NCBI RefSeq assembly: GCF_964355755.1
Contig: NC_092671.1
Location: 13,020,001-13,084,000 of the forward strand
Direction of reading: 5' to 3'
Source: Antedon mediterranea
Taxonomy: Eukaryota > Animalia > Echinodermata
DNA length: 64,000 nucleotides
Of this stretch, positions 54,612-64,000 are shown one piece after another (position 1 is the first letter of the stretch; each line of letters begins with the position of its first letter). The position numbers and the translations under genes are program-made. Under the pieces are notes generated by a model. That model was not told the origin of the DNA. It searched no databases and saw only the letters and a program-made list of their open reading frames with translations.

Positions 54612-54736
54612 CAGTGGCGTAATAGCTATGAGCGCTCATTGGCTAAACCTAGGGCTAAAAACGCCCGGCGTCCAGCATTTGAGAGCCATTTAGGGTTCCT
54701 ATACCAGAGGCCTCAGGTCTCTGCGTTACGCCACTG
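54612..54736. mobile_element. hAT-like mini-MITE in the OSBPL ORD intron
   Basis: cagtggcgtaa / ttacgccactg TIRs; degenerate ccacc..ag flanks. Confidence 0.75.
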
Positions 54737-54850
54737 CCACCAAGTACTTCCCACTGCACGAGATGGACACACAATTTCTACTTCAGGTGAGAGAAAAAAT
54801 TTTACATTCTTTTATCTGCACAAATGTACCAATGTCTTCCCATCTTACAG

Positions 54851-55063
54851 GTGCTATGTGAAGAGTTAGAATACAGTGAACTGCTTGACAAAGCGGCCGA
54901 GACGGACAACCCTTACAAACGTATGGTATACATTGCTGCATTTGCCGTCTCTAGCTACAGTTCAACATACTACCGTGCACGAACTAAACCTTTTAACCCA
55001 CTACTTGGTGAAACATATGAATGTGTACGAGAGGATAAGGGCTTTAAATATGTATCTGAACAG
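54851..55063 (+). CDS. OSBPL6: OSBPL ORD exon (VLCEELEYSELL...KPFNPLLGETYE...EQ)
   Basis: tacag|GTG..CAG|gtaatc. Confidence 0.96.
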
Positions 55064-55333
55064 GTAATCATTTGATTATTTTGTATGGGCGATTTAAAAA
55101 ATATTGTTTCACCCAGTGTGAAGCTTGATTTAATGGCTTCCACTTACATGTACTGTACATTACTTTTTTACCATCACCCAACCTTGTAACACATTGTACC
55201 TTGTTGCCGTCCAATTTATTTCTAAAAAAAAAAAATTAAACATAAAATTAAACCCAAATAGAAGCCTAGATATTTAGTATTTGTAGAAATATTGTTATAT
55301 AAATGTAATGTTTAATTTTATTGTATTGCTAAG

Positions 55334-55476
55334 GTATCTCATCATCCTCCAGTTTCTGCCTGTCATTGTGAAGCAAAGCAGTATACATATTGGCAAGATG
55401 CAAGGATAAAAACAAAGTTCTGGGGTAAATCTATGGAAATCTTACCAGCAGGAACAATTAATATCACAATACCAAA
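55334..55476 (+). CDS. OSBPL6: OSBPL ORD exon (VSHHPP...KFWGKSMEI)
   Basis: OSBP fingerprint EQVSHHPP spans the junction; donor |gtaagt. Confidence 0.96.
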
Positions 55477-55811
55477 GTAAGTTAATGGATATAGTTATTC
55501 AATATTTGCAAATAAGAGGCACCATGGATTGACATATGTATTGTTACTTTTTATGACAATGATTATATACATCCCAAAGCAAGTAACTCATGAAATACAT
55601 TTGAGGCATAGGGAGTAAATTGAAAGAGTCTTGATTTACTGTAAAATCTTGACTAAGTCGGGATTGAACCCTGTAACTTGGGATTGGATTGGAAGCAAGC
55701 ATTTTACTAACAAAGCTCCATTTTGCTTATGCATGTGTGTGCCTATGTACAGTATGAGTGTGCTTATGTACAATAAAAAAGAAATCTGCATTTTGATCTT
55801 TGTTTTTATAG

Positions 55812-55947
55812 ATATAATGACCATTATACATACACTAAGGTCACTAGTTGCGTTCACAATATACTGAGTGGACAAAGGTGGATTGACCACTATGGAGAGA
55901 CTGTCATTAAAAATGGAGATATAATATGCAAACTGAATTTTACCAAG
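55812..55947 (+). CDS. OSBPL6: OSBPL ORD exon ([16 protein letters not shown])
   Basis: atag|A..AAG|gtaagt. Confidence 0.95.
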
Positions 55948-56061
55948 GTAAGTGCTAATATAATCACTTCATTCCATTATTGCCATATCGGATACTTTTT
56001 TTTATGCACTACAAACTTTTGTCTGAAACTGGCCTTTAAATAGAGACTTGTATTATTTTAG

Positions 56062-56206
56062 GCAAGTTATTGGAGTAACAGAAGACATGAAATTAACGGA
56101 TGTGTAATGAACGAGAATGGAGAAACTGTTCATGAGATATTTGGCAAATGGAATGAAAGTATCTACTGCGGTCAGTCCTCATCTGCCAAATGTATATGGA
56201 GAACAG
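56062..56206 (+). CDS. OSBPL6: OSBPL ORD exon (ASYWSNRRHE...GKWNE...CIWR)
   Basis: ttag|GCA..G|gtaaag. Confidence 0.95.
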
Positions 56207-56628
56207 GTAAAGTGGAAATAAACATACTTTTCATAGTTAAATCAAATTTTTTACAGTTAAGCTAATTGTATATGCATATGTAATAATAGTATTGGTTTTC
56301 TTGTATGCGACTAATATGTGTGGCGCTTCCCGCAAAGAAAAAGTCCATGAAATATCCTGAATATATATGAATATAATCCCATGGTTCAGTGTAATCTCAC
56401 CCACTAATTTAAGTTAAATTCGAACTCGTAAATTCCATTGTTAATGCGTGATCAGAGTATACCACTCTAATTTTCTCAAAATGTCATACCTGGGCCTCAT
56501 GGAACTATACTCGGTCATCTACGGTATCAGTGGAATGTTTCTGTTACCATTTACAGGTTGTCTGTATATAAAAATATACAGATAGTTAATATAAAAACCA
56601 GATGAAAACATTTTTTGAACATGTACAG

Positions 56629-56755
56629 GTTGTATGCCCGAGGACCATCAACTTTACTATGGACTGACAAGATTTGCTATTGAGTTGAATGAACTTGATA
56701 GTCATATACAACCATTACTACCATACACAGACTCACGCTTTAGACCAGATCAAAG
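56629..56755 (+). CDS. OSBPL6: OSBPL ORD exon (FAIELNE...TDSRFRPDQR)
   Basis: tacag|GT..AG|gtttgt. Confidence 0.95.
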
Positions 56756-56955
56756 GTTTGTAGATACTATATTGACTAGAACTTAACAGGACGTTAAGGT
56801 ACAACACTTAAAGTTATCGTTTACCATGCAATAGACTCACTGCAGAAAGTAAAGTTTAATTCTTTGGTTTTGAAACCGTGTATCTTGTTTTAAAGAAAAA
56901 TAATTTTTAGTCATTAAATAAGATTTGATATTTCTGTTTAGTCGTATTGTTAGTG

Positions 56956-57078
56956 TAGCTGTATGGTCAGATTAGGTGTATGGTCAGTGTAGCTGTATGG
57001 TCAGTTTAGCTGTATGGTCAGTTTAGCTGTATGGTCAGTTTAGCTGTATGGTCAGTTTAGCTGTATGGTCAGTTTAGT
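56956..57078. repeat. 17-bp tandem repeat (tagctgtatggtcagtt)
   Basis: About 7 copies. Confidence 0.92.
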
Positions 57079-57253
57079 TGGCTTAGGCATATGGTCAAGG
57101 AGCATAGAAAATTTGATTATTTTATTGACATACAGTGGATAGATAGCTGACAATTTATTTATAATCTTTCAATAAATAACACTTAATACATGTTTGGAAA
57201 TTAGTATTAGAAAGTTATTAAATTTGACCCATTTTTACAAACAATATTTGCAG

Positions 57254-57376
57254 ATTACTAGAAGAAGGAGATGTGAAAGGAGCAGAGAAGGAGAAACAAC
57301 GTCTTGAAAGTTTACAGAGAGAAAGACGAAAACAAAGAGAAGAGCTTAAACAACTTTATGATCCTAAGTTTTTCAA
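57254..57376 (+). CDS. OSBPL6: OSBPL ORD exon (LLEEGDVKGAEKEKQRLE...PKFF)
   Basis: tgcag|A..AA|gtaagt. Confidence 0.95.
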
Positions 57377-57520
57377 GTAAGTTTTATACTTTTCTTTCAA
57401 TTTTAACTGTACATAAATAAAATAATGAGAATAGTATCCTAACGCAATAATTGTATATTTCTTTAATATGTTTTGATTTAGTAGGATAAATTACTAAACA
57501 TAGTTCTTGTATTTTTCTAG

Positions 57521-57626
57521 GAGTACAAATCAGAATGGCAAAGAATTCTGGGTGTTTAAAGGAGACTATTGGGAATTACGAGATAATAATCAGTTAAAGG
57601 ATGCGACACTGCCAAATCTATGGTAG
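57521..57626 (+). CDS. OSBPL6: OSBPL terminal coding exon (WVFKGDYWELR...LPNLW*)
   Basis: tctag|G..TGG TAG. Confidence 0.95.
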
Positions 57627-57967
57627 TTAATACAAATGGGTATTTCCCCATAAAAAATTGAGACCTATGTAATAAAAAAGCTGAGAGATAGTGTTCAAGG
57701 TCTGTTTTGTTGTATCCAGCAATTGATTTTGTTCGTGGCAATGACACCGAGAAATGAAATGATACATCAAAGTACAAAGCCATGTATACGAAGAAACCAA
57801 CTGTGTGTATATGGTATCACAACAGCTGAGCAAAAACAACTTTTACAAGCAATATAGATTTCTATATCTTTCAATTTTTCATGGGACAATACATTGAAAT
57901 ATGTATGTATGTCACAATCACCAATCTTCCTGTCAAGAAAATCCAAGTAGTTTTTGAATTTATGTAC

Positions 57968-58425
57968 AGTACCATGGTTAATGATGAACTAAGTTTTCAT
58001 GCATGGTTGATTCGAGTACCATGGTTATTGATGAACTGAAGTTGCCCTATGACATGGGTGATTCAAGTATAGTACCATGGTTAATGATGAACTGAAGTTG
58101 CACTATGACATGGATGATTCGAGTACCATAGTTAATGATGAACTAAAGTTACCCTATGATGTGGACAATTTGAGTACCATTGTTAATGATGAACTGAAGT
58201 TACCCTGCATGGGTGATTCGAGTACCATGGCTGATGATGAATTGAAGTTACCAAATACCATGGGTGATTCAAGTACCAAGGTTAATGATGAACTGAAGTT
58301 GCCCTATGACATGGGTAATTCGAGTACCATGGTTAATAATGAACTGAAGTTATCCGGCATAGGTGGTGATTTTAGTATAGTACCATGGTTAAAGTACTAC
58401 AGTTAATGATGAAATAAAGTCACCC
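57968..58425. repeat. ~51-bp tandem repeat in the presumed OSBPL 3' UTR
   Basis: agtaccatggttaatgatgaactgaagttgccctatgacatgggtgattcg, about 8-9 copies. Confidence 0.92.
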
Positions 58426-59581
58426 TAAAGATTATTACCTCAAGACTGCTACTACTACTTCATTTCAAGGTATTTTTCATGAAAATCCCACCCTTATAAA
58501 CTAACCCCCACGATCTGTTTAAATCAAATAGAATATTCAGTTTTAATGTTATATTACGGAATCATCTTTCAGACATTTTAAAGGTGTTTAATAGTTCCTC
58601 CGTCCTTTAGTTTTAGTGTAACCTGTATCATGGTTTTAAATGTTTAATGTGTAAGATTTTATGTGTATTTTATTCATATCTGTTTACAAAATTTAACCGA
58701 ATATGTGTTATCTTTAGTTTAGTTATAAATGTTTAAAAAAAAAATTATGTGTGGAAAATTAACGAATGCTAAAAATTAGGTCAACTAACATTGCATATAA
58801 AGCAAAGTAAATATTTTATTTGAGAATTCTGAAAAAGTTCTAATTAGGCCAAGTACAGAATGGTGAGACATTTTGGCTGTAATGATTTCTGGAAAGGCAT
58901 GCCGAGGATATTAAAGTACAGTATATGTACAATAGGGGTTGCAGACACAAATGTGTTATGGCGCTCTGTTGCTGTCGCAACCCCTGGACCGCTTGTTGTC
59001 GAATAAAGAAATGAAAATGAAAAATGAAATGTGATTTGTAAACTACCACACCTAACTACTTAGCACGCCTTAGGCTTGGACAAACATGTCATAAGCAGTT
59101 GGAGGCATATGCCTACAAATTCAGGACTTTCAGAAGTTGATAATCTTACTGCCATATATTTACGTGCTACATCGGTTTTACCGATATATTTTTACACATT
59201 GTATAACTATAGATATTTGATTTCATAACTTTGATTTTTATATATTGTATTTTTTATTTGAAATATTTTTATTATAGTTTATATTATACTGTATTAACAA
59301 AGTAATTTATTTGTTTCAAATTTACCTTTATGATTACCAAACAATGAGCGGTTAAATTCACTATGACTAAAAACTTCTAATTGAATTACGTGTACGGTAG
59401 TTGATTGAATGATTTTAACGAGTGACCATTGATTGTAAAAATGCGTTTTATGTCAAATAAACAAACTAAGATGATAGCACTCAGAGATTTTATTTTGTTT
59501 GAGAAAATGTTTTAGCAAAGTCTTACACAGCAAATTATTTCCAAATTTGGTCAAAGCAATGAAGTCTTCCTAATTTCTTGA

Positions 59582-60493
59582 TTAACAAACATATGTTATT
59601 GACTTTCTTATACTTGATTTTGATTGGCTAGAAGTTTTAGATTTTTTGCTTGTTTGCCAACGTCGCTTTCTTTGTTTTGTGGCGTTTTCCGAATCATTTG
59701 CTGTAACTTTTTCGGTTTGCGTGCATACCAGTGGCGTGGAAAGTGTTGTAGCGTCTGCAAAATTTGGACCTGTTGCCATATCACACGGTATTTGACTGCT
59801 ACGCGTGACGTAAAAGGTATCTATTTGTCTCTCCATATCGTCCATACTAAACGACTCGGCTAGAATGTTATGCGAATTTGCCGAGCATTTCACGCAATCA
59901 GAGTTGCAATCTGTTACGGTATCAGTTTTCTGCTGAAATGTTTGTGTCAACATTTTATATAAATTTTCATCCACTACTGTAGGCCTAATATCTTCACATT
60001 TAATTATTTTTATTTCCTTTTTAGTCATCCATGTTTCATTTTCTGTTTTCTGTATTGCATCATTTTGTTCGTGGATTGACTGCTCGTTTTCGTTACAAAT
60101 GAAATCGCTCCAATCAAATACATCACTTTCGGCAAAGAGGTACGCGTCAACGCGTGACCCGCTATTAGTTTGTGACGTGTCTCTGTGTATCGGCAACGCA
60201 TAGTCATATTTAGACTTATCGTTGTGTTGTATATCTTGACCACCATGAAGCGTATCAGATATCTCATTTTGTTGAGTCGTCGCATCTTTATAAGATAACG
60301 CGTCACATCGTGACGTGACATTATGGTTGACGAAACTAATAATGCTGTGATCAACTATTGTATCATTTAGTTCTCTCATACACTCTTCATCTAAAGCACA
60401 GGCTTGCAAGTAATCTGCACAAAGTTGCTCGAATTGTTCTTGAATACTGTCTATTTCCACTCTGATTAACTGGCGATCTTTCTTTATCATCTC
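59582..60493 (-). CDS. Uncharacterised protein, terminal exon (N-terminal helical/coiled-coil segment, basic tail ending ITYVC)
   Basis: 302-aa ORF preceded by acceptor ttcatag|GAG; AATAAA about 90 nt downstream. Confidence 0.75.
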   Translation of the reverse strand, partial: EMIKKDRQLIRVEIDSIQEQFEQLCADYLQACALDEECMRELNDTIVDHSIISFVNHNVTSRCDALSYKDATTQQNEISDTLHGGQDIQHNDKSKYDYALPIHRDTSQTNSGSRVDAYLFAESDVFDWSDFICNENEQSIHEQNDAIQKTENETWMTKKEIKIIKCEDIRPTVVDENLYKMLTQTFQQKTDTVTDCNSDCVKCSANSHNILAESFSMDDMERQIDTFYVTRSSQIPCDMATGPNFADATTLSTPLVCTQTEKVTANDSENATKQRKRRWQTSKKSKTSSQSKSSIRKSITYVC

Positions 60494-60989
60494 CTATGAA
60501 CAAATATAAAATAACTACAGTATTTTATTATTTTTCCTTATTTTAAGATCAGTCATTTCCTATTACTTTGTTGTGGGTCCCTCTAAATACCAGCTTGTTG
60601 ATACTAATTTTTATTATTCCACTATATTGTTTTAGCATTTGCTTTTTAAAGGTGTGGAAATATACAATACTCGATTCGTTAACATTCGAAAATCACTACA
60701 ATTTTATACTAGTACGCCCGGGTTTTATCCGTCAAAATGTTTGAAATTCGTCTTGCGATATATCATTAACTTTCTTAAGTCTCGTACCAAATAAATAGCC
60801 TATCATATTTGAGTTGAGGTTATTTTTAATAAATCTATATAAATAATACCGGTATTCATCGTAAATGACGTAATATGCTGACAGTCATGGATTGCTAGCT
60901 AGGAGCGCCTTCAATATTTAAGTATAAATAGGATTACTAATCAATTGCAAACGTTTTTTTTTATTTAAAAAAAAAAGTAAATAGCATAC

Positions 60990-61042
60990 CATATTTTCTC
61001 TAGCCTTTCTGATTTCAAGTTCAGACTCCCCTGTCATTCTTT
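60990..61042 (-). CDS. Upstream exon of the same uncharacterised gene (RMTGESELEIRKARENM)
   Basis: tttttcag|..ATG|gtatgc; the phase-0 end joins the terminal exon. The ATG at 61037 may be the start codon. Confidence 0.6.
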
Positions 61043-61390
61043 CTGAAAAAGTATACACAATATGGTTATAATGTCTTGTATTGTAAATCATCATTATTTT
61101 AAAATTGATATTGAAAGAAATAATTAATTATCAATGTACCTGGGTCCTATATTATAATATAACATAATGCAAAAACAACGTTAGCATTCTACATGATTGC
61201 TATGTACATTAATCATTGAAGAAAAGGTTCATTAATATTAGTGCACAGGTGGTTTATTTAGGCTTAACAACAATTATACGCATTGACAGTTTCAAACCTT
61301 GTAAACTAACAACGCAAGATTTAAAAATTCATTCTCTCTCAATAATCTTCAATTTACTGCATGATTATTAACGTCTATAACATGGATTGT

Positions 61391-61857
<467 letters not shown>

Positions 61858-61918
<61 letters not shown>

Positions 61919-61939
61919 GTAAAATATTGAATCGATGTT
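61858..61939. repeat. Perfect 82-bp palindrome (25-bp arms around (AT)16)
   Basis: aacatcgattcaatattttacattt-(at)16-aaatgtaaaatattgaatcgatgtt. Confidence 0.95.
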
Positions 61940-62542
61940 GCTGCCTCTAACCAGTACTTCAATATAGACCTAATGAAACTACACCTGCAATTTGACTGTT
62001 TGTGCGTTAGTGAATACTCTTTAAAACATATAAAGATTGATTTGCAAGTCATAAACTATTCGAATGTCTCAAATATGTTATTGCGCAGGAAATGTTATGA
62101 TAATATTATTTTTGCTAAAACAGGGATGTTAATGGAACTGTTGATGCATACATATATCCAAAGACATGTTACCTGTGACGAAAACAATAGTAGAATCTCT
62201 GTAAGAAATGAATTAGCAGAAATTACCTACTTTAAATTAGCAGCTATGATCCAACATTTCTAATCTATCAATTTCTGGTTTTCCTGCTACGGCAATGTCG
62301 ATAGCTATAGCATTATAGGCCTATTTTTTGTTGGAATTTGAATTGGAATTACACAATACATTTTCCGTGCAGTCTACTACTCATGGTTTATTGCATCACA
62401 ATTGTTATCGCTTTTTATTCCTTGTTCTTTCTTGTAATGTACTTAACCTTTGTGTACGCTAAAGAAAGTTCATCTTTTGAGACTTCAAAACGCACGCTCT
62501 AGGAGGGCATTCGCGCGCCAACTGACTTAATCCCTAGACCAG

Positions 62543-62910
62543 ACATGCATTAAACATGAGATTGTGTTTTATTTATTTGTTATTTTTAATGATAACAGAG
62601 TAACAATAATAATAACTATACTAATCTCAAATAATCCCTATACAATATTTATATAGTGAAAACTTAGTGTCAAGGTTAGGACAGACACCCTAGTTGACGT
62701 CTAGAAATGTTCAAAGTCAACAGTAGTAGGTCTATTTGTACAATTAATTGATATGTTTCCATTAACACTATTATTCATGATTTCAAATACGATAGGCCCA
62801 CAGCAAAGATGGATTCCCAAAACATGCATTAAACATGAGATTGTGTTTTATTTATTCATTTATTTATTATGTTTAATGATAACAGAACGTAACAATAATA
62901 ATAATAATGA
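62543..62910. repeat. Dispersed ~75-85-bp direct duplication
   Basis: acatgcattaaacatgagattgtgttttatttatt...tttaatgataacaga at about 62543 and about 62822. Confidence 0.8.
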
Positions 62911-64000
62911 ATATTTGAAAACATGTTAAATTGAAGTAAAACTTCCAAAACTGCTCGAATTTGTAAATTTAGTTTGATGTAAGAGTTTTCCATGTAATTT
63001 CACTCTTCCCTAGTTTTATCTCTTGGTTGCATTCAATTATTATTGGAAGTAGGCCTACAATATAGGCTATACTCGAAATGAACGATCAAGTGGAATGAAT
63101 TGAATTAGACCTAGTAAAAACCGCTAAATGACGACGTATTACGTTTGCATAACCCATGTGTGATTTATTGACATTTAGAACTTTGCTTTTCTCCTTTTAT
63201 TTCATCACAGAGGATTTATATATAAATTTACGTAAGGGCAAAATTCGGTAAATCGCGTGTTACTTCTAGAATGTTTACTCGATGGTATATAAAGTTGGTT
63301 CGTACTTTCGGTATTGATTTTAACAACCTGATGTAACCCTGTTTACTAATTAAATTGAGTTAGATAATTAGTATACTGACAATTAAAAACGAATTTAGGT
63401 TCAATGATTTTCCCCAAATAGGATGTTTTCCGATAGTGGTATACACTGTCTATGGATGTCCATCTTGAAAAATACCCTCACACGATAATACGAGGATGCT
63501 TCGCATTTACCTATCTCCTTCTACGATGATTGTTTTTAGTAGCTGAAAACCGGTTTAACAGCTCGAGTACAGCATCAAAATGTTGAAAACAGGCCGATTT
63601 TCTTTAAAAAAAATACTATTTTTATATATTTAATATACGTTTATACAAATGTATTGATTTGCGATGAATAGAACATTTTAATCTCTCCCAGTATAATTAT
63701 TAACACAAGTAGGTAAATTTATTGACTATCATTAGATAATACGACATTGAATAGCAAATTTCTTACTGTGAATGTATGTACTGTTAGATATATACACATA
63801 TACAAATAAATGTATTACTGTGAGTGGGGGTACTGTTGGATTTATAAACACATAGCCTAATATACAAATAAACATTAAACTTCTCAACGTTTATATTAAT
63901 TACTAATTACAAAAAATATAAACGCCATTGTGGTGTGTATCGTTACATGTACTTTACTATTTCAATCGACTACAGTATGACAGTGACAGTTTTAACACAA

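Larger units (their letters stand above)
34933..57626 (+). other. OSBPL6: Gene span: oxysterol-binding protein-related protein of the ORP3/6/7 subfamily (PH-FFAT-ORD), 20 coding exons, about 898 aa
   Basis: All exons join in frame. PH: EGYLLKRRKRPMKGWHKRYFVLE. FFAT: EFFDAQE. ORD: KPFNPLLGETYE, EQVSHHPP, TDSRFRPDQR, ending LPNLW*. The symbol is nominal; this is probably a co-ortholog of OSBPL3/6/7. Confidence 0.93.

Noticed and set aside
54543-54869. C-terminal part of ORF 54354-54869
   Set aside because: Read-through into an intron containing a hAT-like MITE; the true exon ends at 54542.
57980-58350. Box C/D snoRNA array (ATGATGA..CTGA)
   Set aside because: Boxes are adjacent within simple repeat units, with no terminal stems or evident guides, and lie in a presumed 3' UTR.

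Overview
AT-rich, intron-containing animal genomic DNA. An invertebrate deuterostome such as an echinoderm is a guess based on the SINE types; it cannot be proven from the sequence. Exons were reconstructed by eye from GT-AG sites and phase compatibility. Four genes are visible. (1) The 3' half of a voltage-gated Ca2+ channel beta subunit (CACNB; HOOK and GK domains plus a long Arg/Asp-rich tail), + strand, 7642-18595. (2) A two-exon, probably domesticated FLYWCH-MULE (Mutator/Phantom-type) transposase gene that appears to lack its second catalytic Asp, - strand, 28400-31110. (3) Head-to-head with it, a complete 20-coding-exon ORP3/6/7-type oxysterol-binding protein gene (PH-FFAT-ORD, about 898 aa), + strand, 34933-57626, with a candidate alternative first exon and a candidate microexon. 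(4) A convergent uncharacterised gene, - strand, about 59582-61042. Introns carry many MITEs, SINEs and minisatellites. The most notable non-coding signals are two minimal Penelope-type hammerhead ribozyme motifs. One lies in a ~370-bp element between two (TA)n tracts, next to a perfect 82-bp palindrome (61393-61939). The other lies in an OSBPL intron (46220-46260).
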